A stretch of 64,000 nt of DNA. Source: Bacteroidota bacterium. Its GTDB lineage: Bacteria > Bacteroidota > Bacteroidia > Palsa-965. Position numbers and translations under genes: made by a program. Shown here in pieces: positions 9,492-19,424 of this stretch; the stretch's first letter is position 1, and each line of letters starts with the position of its first letter. The stretch lies in assembly GCA_013288325.1 (NCBI GenBank), contig JABDCB010000001.1:44287-108286 (forward strand). Reading direction: 5' to 3'. The notes under the pieces are model-generated. The model saw only the letters and a list, made by a program, of their open reading frames with translations. It had not been told where the DNA came from and made no database searches.

Positions 9492-10001
9492 TTAAAAATA
9501 TTGGTTAACTAATTTATTAGCGGCTTCACTATTTATTGCCATTCGTTGCCCAATGCCTGATTCCGCTCCAAGTGTTTCTATATAATGTGACACTAGCGTT
9601 GATTTTGCTACGAAACCAACATATCCTTCAAATCCAAATTCCATGGATTTTTTACAGGCAAAAGCAAACATATTACCACCAACACCCAGATATATTTTTG
9701 TCTTTCCTCGATTGAACTTTGCATTTTCGACAAGATTAACAAACACATATTTTTCGTCTGGGATAGGGCTTATTGAAATTAATCCTTGAATAACATTTAC
9801 GTTGTCCTTTATTATCAACTTATATACTTCCCTGTCCTTACTCATTATTTCTCGTCCCCAATCAAATAGCCAATCCTTTTTCTTTATCTCCTTTTTTGAG
9901 ACCTTATGAAATTCAGTATCGAAAACATCTCCTGAAAGTGCATTTACAATTGAATTTGTCAATCTGTCAATTTCAATATCTACTGCTTGCTTTCGAACCA
10001 T
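9492..10001 (-). CDS. GNAT-like (acetyltransferase-fold) protein, putative toxin
   Basis: Start revised to ATG 10001 (MVRKQAVDIEID); motif-A-like YLGVGGNMFAFAC followed by GYVGFVAKSTLVSHY..LGA; AT-rich. Confidence 0.6.
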   Translation of the reverse strand: MVRKQAVDIEIDRLTNSIVNALSGDVFDTEFHKVSKKEIKKKDWLFDWGREIMSKDREVYKLIIKDNVNVIQGLISISPIPDEKYVFVNLVENAKFNRGKTKIYLGVGGNMFAFACKKSMEFGFEGYVGFVAKSTLVSHYIETLGAESGIGQRMAINSEAANKLVNQYF

Positions 10002-10219
10002 ACACGCTGATTCTATCGAATGTTCGGTAAAAACAAATTTAGCGATTTTACCGCATATATAATTTTTGTATATACAATTTCTACCAGTTTCACCATTTAA
10101 TGGAAGCCTCCTGTTCATAAGCTCTCTTTCCTGATTTATCCGCCCCAACCGCTATTGTACATCGTTATCTCATCGTACCAATTTGATTCTGCCAGAAAAC
10201 AAGCAGGGCGGTAATAATG

Positions 10220-10227
10220 TACCTTTG
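10220..10227 (+). promoter_or_regulatory. Bacteroidota housekeeping promoter -7 element for idi
   Basis: TACCTTTG matches TAnnTTTG, 5 nt before the ATG. Confidence 0.55.
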
Positions 10228-10244
10228 CAGGTATGAACAGACCG
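10224..10244 (+). repeat. Direct repeat copy 2 (idi promoter/start)
   Basis: TTTGCAGGTATGAACAGACCG. Confidence 0.8.
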
Positions 10245-10730
10245 GTTATCCTTGTCAATGAAAAAGACGAGCCATTGGGAGAGATGGATAAGCTGGAAGT
10301 GCATCTAAAAGGATTGCTTCACCGGGCGTTTTCCATTTTCATTTTCAATGATTCGGGTTTGTTGCTTTTGCAATGCCGGGCCAATGAAAAATATCATTCT
10401 GGAGGTTTGTGGACCAACACCTGTTGCGGACATCCCGGACCGGGAGAGTTGACAGAAGAAGCGGCCCATCGCCGGTTAAAAGAAGAAACGGGGATTGAGA
10501 CGGAGCTGGTCAAAAAATTCAGTTTTATATACGAGGCCCATTTGGATCACAAGCTGGTAGAACATGAATACGATCATGTATTTACAGGAATATATAATGA
10601 AGAACCTGTCCTGAACCTGGAAGAAGCATCTGCTTACCGCTGGATAAGTATTGCGGAAGTAAAAAAAGAAATTGAATCTCATCCGGCCCGCTTTACCGAG
10701 TGGCTTAAAATAGCCATACAGTCGTTCTGA
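10233..10730 (+). CDS. idi: Isopentenyl-diphosphate delta-isomerase (type 1, Nudix fold)
   Basis: GLLHRAFSIFIFN, WTNTCCGHP, EHEYDHVF motifs. Confidence 0.95.
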   Translation: MNRPVILVNEKDEPLGEMDKLEVHLKGLLHRAFSIFIFNDSGLLLLQCRANEKYHSGGLWTNTCCGHPGPGELTEEAAHRRLKEETGIETELVKKFSFIYEAHLDHKLVEHEYDHVFTGIYNEEPVLNLEEASAYRWISIAEVKKEIESHPARFTEWLKIAIQSF

Positions 10731-10742
10731 TAACGTATGGGG

Positions 10743-10772
10743 AAAAAAAAAGGAGGGCAAAATGCACCCTCC
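10743..10772 (-). terminator. Intrinsic terminator for the convergent T9SS gene
   Basis: GGAGGG/CCCTCC stem followed on the minus strand by a 9-T run. Confidence 0.6.
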
Positions 10773-10801
10773 CTCAGAGATAACAAAAAGAAAAGAGTTT
10801 A

Positions 10802-13800
10802 TTAGCGAATGAGATTACAGTGTCCGGAATAGATATGCCGGTTTCCAAAAACATCTTTTAGACTTACCTTCCACACATACGTATCAATCTGTGCAATATT
10901 AGCTCCTCCGTTTGCACGTCCATCCCATCCTTGTCCCCAGGTATGTGTTTCAAACATCAGATTGCCCCATCTGTCAAACATCAGGAGGTCATAATTATTC
11001 GGATCAATACCCACACCGAAGGGCATCCATTCATCATTTTTTCCATCTCCGTTTGGTGTGAATGTGTTGGGAGCATAGAAGGTGAAGATGGGTTGGATAC
11101 AGATAGGGCCCGTAGTAGAATCCTTACAACCATCGGGCGCTGTTATAACCAGCTTCACCGTGAAACATCCTGTATCGGTATAGGAATGAATCGGATTTTG
11201 TAAGGAAGAGGTAGAATCGCTCGGATCACCGAATAACCACAACCAGCCTACTGCATTGGTGCTTTGATCGGTAAATGTAATGGTAGGATCTGTAATATTG
11301 GTCGGCTGGGGATTGTCGGTAAAGGCTGCATGAGGCACCGGTAGTGCATTGATAAAATTCGGGATCATATCGCTGCCTTTGCAGCCGTGTATGTCCGTTA
11401 CATTATACGTTACATTATACGTACCGGCCACGTAATAGCAATGTTTGGCCGAGTCGCAACCGGTAGCTGTGGTTCCATCACCGAATGACCAGGAGCCGGA
11501 AGCACAGGCAGGGTTTGAACTTCCAAAGAAGGTGGCGCATACGGGGGCACATACAACGGTATCTTTTGAAACAAATGTTACCACCGGTAAAGGGTATACG
11601 GTTACTGTTGCATAGTCCGAGTCGGTAGGCGTGCCGCAGTTATCGGCCACAATGACGGTGTAGGTGGTGGTTACTGTTGGAGATGCAACAGGGTTTTGGC
11701 TGTTTGCATTTGAAAGCCCGGTAGCCGGTATCCAGGTGTAGGTATAGGGGCCGCCATTGCCTCCGCTGCCAATAGCATGCAGGGTATCATTGGCTCCGGG
11801 GCAAATGGATTTGCCTCCGCTGGCAAGTACTTCCAGCGCGGGGTTTACAACCACTGTTTCCAAAGCCGGCTGAGCTATGCACCCATGAGAGTCTGTAACC
11901 GTTACAGTGTATGTGGTAGTTACCAGTGGGCATACAGTAGCAGAAGGTAAGGGAGTACCATTCAATGTCCATGAATAAGAATAAGCCGGGCTGCCTCCCG
12001 TGGCCGTAGAGGTTAATGTGGTGCATTGACCGATACAGATTTTGAGCGGAGGACCGGCACTCAACAGGAGTAACGGTGGCTGCACAATGGTAACAGAAAC
12101 CTGATTGGTACAATGGACAGAGTCGGTAACCGTACACACATAGGTGCCGGCAGATAAACCGGTGACACTGAGTGTTCCTTGTCCTGTTCCCGGTGCAGGT
12201 GTCCAGTTAAAGGTATAAGGTTTAAATCCTCCGCTGGCTGAGTCTCTTGCTGTTCCGTCATTGCCACCGAAACAGCTAACGGGCGTGGAAGCCACAGTAA
12301 CCATATTTACACCGGGAAGATTGGGAACCACATTTTTCATGGTGTCGGGGCAGCCATTCTGATCTTTGATAATGACGGTGTAATTTCCGGCCAGGATAGC
12401 ATGAATCCCTTCCGTGGTATAAGCACCGGGAGTCCAGGTATATGTATAACCGGGAGTTCCTCCGCTTACGGTAACCGAATCTTTTCCATCTGCTTTGTTG
12501 CAATGTGCAGCCGTTGGAAACATATTCATCACCAAAGGAGTTGGCTGTGTAATGAGTGCGGTGTCGGTAGCGGTACATCCATGTGCGTCGGTTACGGTAG
12601 CGGTATACGTGCCGGCACATACATTACTGGCGCTTGCCGAAGTGCTTCCGTTGCTCCACAAATAAGTATAAGAAGCCGTTCCTCCGTTAGGTAAACCAAT
12701 CAGCTGTCCGTTACATTTACCATTACAGGTAGCCGGAACACCGCTCGCTGTTATTGTAAGTATGGTAGGTTGAGTAATGGTTACCGGTGTGGTTACCGAA
12801 CAACCTTTTGAATCGGTGGTGGTGCAATTGTAATTTCCGGCAGCAAGTCCTGTGGCGGTATTGCTGGTGCTGGCCGATCCTGTCCATACATACGTATAAG
12901 GCGCGGTGCCTCCGTTAGGAGTTATGGTAGCAGTTCCATCTGATAATCCGAAACAGCTCACATTCGTAGTGGAGGCATTTGCAGTAGGTGCGTTTGGTTG
13001 TCCAACAACGACGGTAGCCGAATCGGGACATGTTCCGGTAGCTCCGTTTACAACCAGGGTGTATGTGCCTCCATTCAGTCCGCTAGCATTCGTAGTTCCT
13101 TGTCCACCTGTTGGTGCCGGCGACCAGGTATAGGTAAAAGGTCCGGAGCCTCCGGTAACGGTAGCAGTAGCTGTTCCATCACCACCCGGTGAACAGGAAG
13201 CGGGAGTAGAGGTGATGGTAACGGTAGGTGCTCCTGCAGGGGCGCTGAGTGTAACAGATCCGGAAGCGGTGCAACCGTTAGCAGTAGTTATATTGAGCGC
13301 ATAGGTTCCTGCATCTAATCCTGTTGCATTGGCAGTACCTTGTCCACCGCCCGGGGCGGGGCTCCATACGTAGGTAATGGGAAGGTTGCCTCCGGTAACC
13401 GTAGCTGTTGCTGTTCCATCATGACCTGGCTTACAGGTGGGATTGGTAGAGGTAAATGTGACGGTAGGGACAGGATAAAATGCGATGGTCGTATCAATTA
13501 CATACGTACATCCGGGACCTTGTGTAACAGTAACCTGATAGGTGCCATCGGCGTTGACGGTAACACTTTGCCCGGTGGTGGAACCAACAATTCCTGCCGT
13601 GCCGGTAGGCATGGTGTTCCAGGCATAGGTGCCGCTTGTTCCTGCATCAGGAGCTGTAAGCGTAAGAGATCCTCCCAGACAAACTTCCGGAGTGGAAGCG
13701 ATTACCTGGATGGGAGAACAGGATGCATCCACATAGGCATAACCCCAGTGACCGCCCGGTGTACAACCCGCAGCGCTAAAACGTACGGTAACATTATGCC

Positions 13801-14695
13801 CGATATAATTTTTGAGATTAAGACTATTGGATGTCCAGGGCAGATAATAAACAGAATTGCCTCGGGATTGAGAGGAAGAAACAGACATTCCTATAGGAAT
13901 ACCGGTACCAACCGATTCAATATAATATTGTAAACAGGGAATGGGCTTGCCATTGCTATCCAGTACTTCGGCTCTGAAATATGGACATTGTGTGGTGGTG
14001 TGCCCGTTGCTGGTTTGTTCCAAAACAACGGCATAGTTATAGATAAGCATTGCATTGGCGGTGGTAACGGCAAAGGTTTGCTGAATACTTTCACCGGGTG
14101 CTCCTGAAGGCGATGTAGTGCTGCAGCTGGATCCACTTTTCAGATTTGCATTTTCACCTCCCAGACGCAATGAATAGGTACCTCCGATAGCCAGCGGATC
14201 GAGCATAGGAAATGCACCATAAGGATCGTTGCCGGCGGCACTGTTTACGAGTGTAAACATAGAGCACGATGTTTCTGCGGAATTTACTCCAAGCGTATTG
14301 GGAAGGATGCCGGCGCTAAGTTGTGTTACGGCCGAATCGGAATTTGCATTATAACCGATATATCCGGTCCAGTTTGTATAGTCGCCTGTTTCAAATCCTA
14401 AATTGTTGCAGGAGAGACCCAGAACCGTATTGCTGTTTCCCGGATTAAAAGCATGATTTTTGGAGGGAATATGATAGCGTCTTTGTACGTATTGTAATTC
14501 CTGATCTTTAAGATAAGCGCCTATCTCAGAGGCACTTAAACCTTCCTCTGCCGCCTCTTTATAATACGATGCAAGGTTAAATCCATTCAGTGTATCTCCT
14601 TTATAATAAACATATTGACCCGGTACCTGAGCAAACCCGGTAATCACGGACCCAAAGAGAATAAAGAAGAGTTGTAAGTATTTTCTCATGCACAT
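10802..14695 (-). CDS. T9SS type-B CTD surface protein with SprB repeats and PKD domains
   Basis: Repeats GGTxPYTYxW...GTYxxTVTDxxGC; PKD WxFGDG; CTD FYAPNTFTPNGDGKND..FDRWG..WDG..LIR. Confidence 0.92.
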   Translation of the reverse strand: MCMRKYLQLFFILFGSVITGFAQVPGQYVYYKGDTLNGFNLASYYKEAAEEGLSASEIGAYLKDQELQYVQRRYHIPSKNHAFNPGNSNTVLGLSCNNLGFETGDYTNWTGYIGYNANSDSAVTQLSAGILPNTLGVNSAETSCSMFTLVNSAAGNDPYGAFPMLDPLAIGGTYSLRLGGENANLKSGSSCSTTSPSGAPGESIQQTFAVTTANAMLIYNYAVVLEQTSNGHTTTQCPYFRAEVLDSNGKPIPCLQYYIESVGTGIPIGMSVSSSQSRGNSVYYLPWTSNSLNLKNYIGHNVTVRFSAAGCTPGGHWGYAYVDASCSPIQVIASTPEVCLGGSLTLTAPDAGTSGTYAWNTMPTGTAGIVGSTTGQSVTVNADGTYQVTVTQGPGCTYVIDTTIAFYPVPTVTFTSTNPTCKPGHDGTATATVTGGNLPITYVWSPAPGGGQGTANATGLDAGTYALNITTANGCTASGSVTLSAPAGAPTVTITSTPASCSPGGDGTATATVTGGSGPFTYTWSPAPTGGQGTTNASGLNGGTYTLVVNGATGTCPDSATVVVGQPNAPTANASTTNVSCFGLSDGTATITPNGGTAPYTYVWTGSASTSNTATGLAAGNYNCTTTDSKGCSVTTPVTITQPTILTITASGVPATCNGKCNGQLIGLPNGGTASYTYLWSNGSTSASASNVCAGTYTATVTDAHGCTATDTALITQPTPLVMNMFPTAAHCNKADGKDSVTVSGGTPGYTYTWTPGAYTTEGIHAILAGNYTVIIKDQNGCPDTMKNVVPNLPGVNMVTVASTPVSCFGGNDGTARDSASGGFKPYTFNWTPAPGTGQGTLSVTGLSAGTYVCTVTDSVHCTNQVSVTIVQPPLLLLSAGPPLKICIGQCTTLTSTATGGSPAYSYSWTLNGTPLPSATVCPLVTTTYTVTVTDSHGCIAQPALETVVVNPALEVLASGGKSICPGANDTLHAIGSGGNGGPYTYTWIPATGLSNANSQNPVASPTVTTTYTVIVADNCGTPTDSDYATVTVYPLPVVTFVSKDTVVCAPVCATFFGSSNPACASGSWSFGDGTTATGCDSAKHCYYVAGTYNVTYNVTDIHGCKGSDMIPNFINALPVPHAAFTDNPQPTNITDPTITFTDQSTNAVGWLWLFGDPSDSTSSLQNPIHSYTDTGCFTVKLVITAPDGCKDSTTGPICIQPIFTFYAPNTFTPNGDGKNDEWMPFGVGIDPNNYDLLMFDRWGNLMFETHTWGQGWDGRANGGANIAQIDTYVWKVSLKDVFGNRHIYSGHCNLIR

Positions 14696-15467
14696 AACCC
14701 CTGGTCTTAAACAATGGCATTTGTTTTTATCTGAAGGGAGAAAAACACCCCCTTTTTGACCTTATTTAGAACGACACTATTCAATTGATTTGTTTAACCT
14801 TTTCGCGAAATAAAAACCACACTGCACTCTTGAGACTTTGTCCTTTTGTTGGATAACAAATATGAACAATTTATGCAAGAAATGCAATAGAATAAATTCA
14901 ATTTATTATTACCATTTTAAGTATTCGGTTACATCATATGGGAATTAAACCGACTTATATCGCGATAAGGACCAACCCTAAAAACATCGTTAACAGTGGC
15001 CTGTAACAAATTTTAGCTCTGATGAAAGAGAAAAGAAACATTTTCCTATGATACAAGTCATCTTGTTTATTTTATGAAATTCTATAAAAGGGCAAGGTTT
15101 CGGATGAAACCTGGATGTAAGAATTTGAGAGCAATATTTTCTGCCGGCTAATCAGCTTTTTTCGCACATTTTCATCCCTGGTTTCATGTCGTAAAAATGA
15201 CTGATTGGCGTTATACATTCCTTCGTCTGTATAAAAGAAAGATACGTCTACGGAAGTTCGTTACAGTGGGTATCCTGAACAAACCAAATTACTGGCATAG
15301 TTTTGGAGTCAAAGGGAGGGGTGTAGCATACCCTTGTTTTTGAGGAAAAAGCCACGTTTATGCTCCCATTTCCCTGTTTTTGCCGGATTTTATATTAGCA
15401 TTTAATTAGAATTGGAATTAAATGTAATTTATTTGCAATCAACCCGTTAAACCTTAGTATTTTTAGA

Positions 15468-16289
15468 ATGTCTATGCTTTTACCAGGCTTTAAGCCAGAG
15501 GGGAAAAAAATGAAAAAAGGAAAGATGAAACGGATTCGGTACGTCATTTTTATCAGCAGTATAGGATCCATGCTTTTTGCATCGGCTAAGGCTAATCCTG
15601 TTTTTCAAAAAGCGGGCGCCACAACCGATACCCTTCTTATCGGTGATACCCTTCATCGGCAACCTGCAGATACCGGTTATGTAAGAGAACACCATCATAC
15701 AACCATAAAGCCTACGACCGATTTTGACCAGCGTTTTTCCTTTATCCGTAATTATTCAGTGAATATATGGGGGCAAAGGGGAGGTATTCTGTTAAATGAT
15801 GAGTGGAAGTTCGGTGTTGGAGCCTATTATATGGATGATACCCGGATGAATGCCAGGACCTCTTCAGGAGGAGTGAACCCTAACCATTATCTGAAACAAA
15901 ACCTGGTTTTTGGAACCGGATACGTAGAACCCTTTCTGATTCGGAGAACGTATTGGGAGCTGAGTGTTCCATTTGAGCTTGGATATGGAAAAGCAGGATC
16001 CAAAGTATACGAGAGTTCAACCGATGCACAAATTTCAACCCGTTCCAAAGATTTTCTTCCAACCGGGGCAGGTCTTTCTCTTTCACTCAAATTTCCACCC
16101 ATAGGAAGATTCAAACCTACCAGCTGGGTTGGACTTAATTTTCTGGCAGGATACCGCTATTGTTTACTGGAAAACGTTTTTAAGACAGATTATGACGGAG
16201 CTTTCTGGTCCATCAGCGGTGCTATTTTCTTAGACAGGATATTTGATGATACCCGGGCCTGGAAAAGAAAGCGGAAAATGGAACAATAA
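15468..16289 (+). CDS. Hypothetical outer-membrane beta-barrel protein
   Basis: Signal-like segment and alternating amphipathic strands; true start probably a later Met. Confidence 0.6.
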   Translation: MSMLLPGFKPEGKKMKKGKMKRIRYVIFISSIGSMLFASAKANPVFQKAGATTDTLLIGDTLHRQPADTGYVREHHHTTIKPTTDFDQRFSFIRNYSVNIWGQRGGILLNDEWKFGVGAYYMDDTRMNARTSSGGVNPNHYLKQNLVFGTGYVEPFLIRRTYWELSVPFELGYGKAGSKVYESSTDAQISTRSKDFLPTGAGLSLSLKFPPIGRFKPTSWVGLNFLAGYRYCLLENVFKTDYDGAFWSISGAIFLDRIFDDTRAWKRKRKMEQ

Positions 16290-17236
16290 TGAAGATACAA
16301 CGATTACCTGTCCTCCTTTTTATTTTTTTTGTCATCACTTCTTGCAAATCCACTCTCTACCAAACCAAATGGCAGGATAAAACCGTAACGGCCGATGGAA
16401 ATCCTAAGGAATGGGAAATCCCGCTTCGGTTTTATGATTCCAAGAGTAAGCTTTCCTATACAATAACGAATGATCTGGAGAATCTGTATATCTGTATGCG
16501 GATAACGGAAGATGCCAGTCAGGTAAAAGTGATGAAAGCCGGTATGCAGGTATGGATTGATACAACAGGATCCAATAAACAACTGACCGGTATTTTATTT
16601 CCACAGCGTCCTCCTGAAACAACGGATAATGCTACTCACTCAAGTTCCGAAACCGGTAGTAACGGTGGTGGCAAACATAACGGAGGAGGTAGTGGTGGCT
16701 ATGGTGGCGGAAGTGGAGGTGGCAGCCGGTCGCCCAATATGGCCAATATGAGAGGCCGTTTTCAAAAGGATTATAAAGAAATGATGCTGACCGGTTTTCA
16801 TGCCCCTATTCGCGGATCTGTTCCGCTTACCAATGATTTTGGTGTGCAGGTGGGTGTTAATTGGGATGCGAGTAAATATGACAGCTCCTATATCATGATT
16901 TACGAAGCTGTAATTCCATTCCGCACGTTTTATAAAAACAAACTGACAAGTGCTGACAGTCTCCGTAAATTCGGAATTACCATTACCGTAAATGCACTTC
17001 CGCATGCAGCATCTCAGGGTGGTTCCAAAGGAGGAGGACACGGAGGAGGTGGAGGAGGCGGAATGGGTGGCGGTGGTATGGGTGGTGGTGGTATGCGCGG
17101 AGGCGGAGGTGGAGGAAGAGGTGGAAGAGGCGGAGGTGGTAAAGCTCCGGAGCCTGCCAATCCATTGTATGAAAGCAATACCTTAAAAATGCGCTTCCAG
17201 ATGACATTGCATCCTCATCCGGAAGTGAAACTGTAA
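16289..17236 (+). CDS. Lipoprotein with glycine-rich low-complexity inserts
   Basis: Lipobox ITSC; two GG/RGG tracts; start overlaps the upstream stop. Confidence 0.75.
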   Translation: MKIQRLPVLLFIFFVITSCKSTLYQTKWQDKTVTADGNPKEWEIPLRFYDSKSKLSYTITNDLENLYICMRITEDASQVKVMKAGMQVWIDTTGSNKQLTGILFPQRPPETTDNATHSSSETGSNGGGKHNGGGSGGYGGGSGGGSRSPNMANMRGRFQKDYKEMMLTGFHAPIRGSVPLTNDFGVQVGVNWDASKYDSSYIMIYEAVIPFRTFYKNKLTSADSLRKFGITITVNALPHAASQGGSKGGGHGGGGGGGMGGGGMGGGGMRGGGGGGRGGRGGGGKAPEPANPLYESNTLKMRFQMTLHPHPEVKL

Positions 17237-17271
17237 ATACGTTCACAGAAAAATAGTTTGCTATAATCACG

Positions 17272-17293
17272 AATCCGCTTCAGGCGGATTTTT
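17272..17293 (+). terminator. Intrinsic terminator
   Basis: AATCCGC-ttcag-GCGGATT followed by T-run. Confidence 0.65.
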
Positions 17294-17382
17294 GATTTTA
17301 TAGCCCTTCCCTTTTCCATTTACAGGATAATGGAAATTGATGGTACATTTGAAGAGATCAATCCTGTTAATTTCCCAACCGT

Positions 17383-18252
17383 ATGAAAACAATTTTGTTC
17401 CTGTGTCTGCTTTGTATTGCTCCTTTTTCTTCCCTGTTGTCTCAGGAACGGAATTTTCAACATGAATACGATTCTCTTTTTTATACGGGCACACCGCAAC
17501 AACTTAGCTCTATTCTGAGCAGCTGGGAAAAGAAAACACCACAGGATCCGGAACTGCTTATTGCCTGGTACAACTTTTATGTGAAAAGCAGTGCGCATGA
17601 AGTACCGCTACCCAAAGGTGCTCAAGTTAAAGATGGCTCCGACACAGCAACGGTTACCGTACAGTATGATGGAGAGAAAATGAAAAAAGCATATACGTAT
17701 CTGGATAAAGGGATTTCGCTTTATCCGGACAGGCTGGATATGCGTTTCGGTAAAATATACATGCTGGGGCAAACAGAAAACTATGATGCTTTTACAAAAC
17801 AGATTGTTGAAATGATAGAATATGGCTATTCGATTAAAAACATGTGGAAGCTTCCCAATAAGCCTACTGCCAAAAATGAGGAAACACTCCTGCTAGGCAC
17901 CATACAACTATATGTGGGTACATTGTTGGATATTGGCGATGCGCAGGGTCCTCATATCCGGACTATTTGTGAAGAGGTTATCAAACACAATCCCGAAAGG
18001 ATGGATTTTCTTTTTGACCTGAGTGTAACCTATATGTTTAAGGAAGAGTGGGACAAAGCATTACCTGAACTTCTGAAAGCCGAAAAATTATCTCCCTCCG
18101 ATATCAGTGTTTTAAACAACATCGCTTTTTGTTATCAGCAAAAAAATGACAAGACCAATGCAATTGCTTATTTCGAAAAAATAACCAAAGTGGGTACTGA
18201 GGAAGATAAAAGCAAGGCCGAAGAAGAGATCAAAAAATTGAAACAGAAGTAA
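17383..18252 (+). CDS. Exported tetratricopeptide-repeat protein
   Basis: Signal peptide; TPR helices (KAEKLSPSDISVLNNIAFCY...AIAYFEK). Confidence 0.8.
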   Translation: MKTILFLCLLCIAPFSSLLSQERNFQHEYDSLFYTGTPQQLSSILSSWEKKTPQDPELLIAWYNFYVKSSAHEVPLPKGAQVKDGSDTATVTVQYDGEKMKKAYTYLDKGISLYPDRLDMRFGKIYMLGQTENYDAFTKQIVEMIEYGYSIKNMWKLPNKPTAKNEETLLLGTIQLYVGTLLDIGDAQGPHIRTICEEVIKHNPERMDFLFDLSVTYMFKEEWDKALPELLKAEKLSPSDISVLNNIAFCYQQKNDKTNAIAYFEKITKVGTEEDKSKAEEEIKKLKQK

Positions 18253-18260
18253 AGGAATTT

Positions 18261-18314
18261 GCCGGATACTCGCTTATAACGACCGTTTACTCATAAAACC
18301 CTACCGTTTACTCA
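18261..18314 (+). promoter_or_regulatory. LytTR-type direct-repeat operator
   Basis: ACCGTTTACTCA at 18282 and 18303 (21-bp period) and a degenerate GCCGGATACTCG at 18261. Confidence 0.65.
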
Positions 18315-18368
18315 ATGTGCCTTTGGATAGAGCAGATTTAATATACCTTGTAATCCTAAAATCAGCAC

Positions 18369-19418
18369 ATGAAAAAAACACTACTTATCATAGCTCTTTT
18401 ATATTCTTTCATTTCGCTCCGGGCTCAGCATTACTATCCTATGTTGGATAGCGCCAATATATGGATTTATACAGGTAATATAATACCTGCAACAACACCT
18501 CCCGGCCACCAAGTAGCAGCAACCGGAGTATGTTATTACTTTTCCGGAACACCTATAGGATCGACGATTCAGGTGTACACAACCCGTGATACTTCTGATG
18601 GAGGGCATACATATAAAATCGTGTTGCAGAATCCGGCTAGCCCCTGTTATATGGGATTGATCCGGGAAGATACTGCTGCCCATCAGGTGTTTTTTAAAGA
18701 TAATCTGGGAGATCCGGAAGGCATCCTTTATGACTTTTCAAAGACTATCGGAGATTCCTTATTGATCCATGCCAGACCGGGAAATTATTTTCAAACCGGA
18801 ACATACCGGGTAGATTCTATAGGGTACATTCATATAAAGGCGGGGAAAAGAAGAATATTTTATCTTAATTGCCATGCCTGTGGAGCTGGATATAATCCTC
18901 TGGAATGGGTAGAGGGATCGGGCAACAGAGCGGATGCCATTTATAGTTACAGTCCGATATCCAGTGGTGGAGGGGGACTTTATTTTTGCCCGGGTTATCC
19001 GCATACCATGTCATCCTTTATGGCTTGTTTTGAGCACAAATACATTGAGTATTACGATACCTGTTCGTTCTATAATGCTCAGCATAATTCATGTATTCAT
19101 TATCAGGATACATGCGATTATTATGATATTTGCGGTGGAATAAAAGAGTATAATTCATTCAGTAAATGGGTTGTATTTCCGAACCCGGCTGGTAATCGTA
19201 TAACGATGCAACTGGATGTAAACGTAGCTTCCCTTTTTGAAATCCGGGTATTGGATGTAAATGGCCGGGAGGTGATGAAGCCGCAATCGCTGGGAGAGCT
19301 CGGTACAGGATTAAACGAAAGAGAGCTGGATCTTACTGCTCTTTGTAACGGCTTTTATTTTATCGAATGCCGGTCCGGGCAGGATATCCGGTATCAGAAG
19401 TTGTCGGTACAGAAGTAA
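18369..19418 (+). CDS. T9SS type-A CTD secreted protein, Cys-rich
   Basis: Signal peptide; CTD VFPNPA...VLDVNGRE...GFYFI...QKLSVQK. Confidence 0.88.
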   Translation: MKKTLLIIALLYSFISLRAQHYYPMLDSANIWIYTGNIIPATTPPGHQVAATGVCYYFSGTPIGSTIQVYTTRDTSDGGHTYKIVLQNPASPCYMGLIREDTAAHQVFFKDNLGDPEGILYDFSKTIGDSLLIHARPGNYFQTGTYRVDSIGYIHIKAGKRRIFYLNCHACGAGYNPLEWVEGSGNRADAIYSYSPISSGGGGLYFCPGYPHTMSSFMACFEHKYIEYYDTCSFYNAQHNSCIHYQDTCDYYDICGGIKEYNSFSKWVVFPNPAGNRITMQLDVNVASLFEIRVLDVNGREVMKPQSLGELGTGLNERELDLTALCNGFYFIECRSGQDIRYQKLSVQK

Positions 19419-19424
19419 TACTTC

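Noticed and set aside
10002-10148. N-terminal extension of the 218-aa ORF (also the 62022, 43085 and 28778 extensions)
   Set aside because: Longest-ORF artefacts: the recognisable protein or signal peptide starts at a downstream ATG.
15293-15307. Sigma-54-like promoter TGGCATAGTTTTGGA
   Set aside because: The -12 element mismatches the consensus and it lies ~160 bp from the next ORF; it cannot be told from chance.
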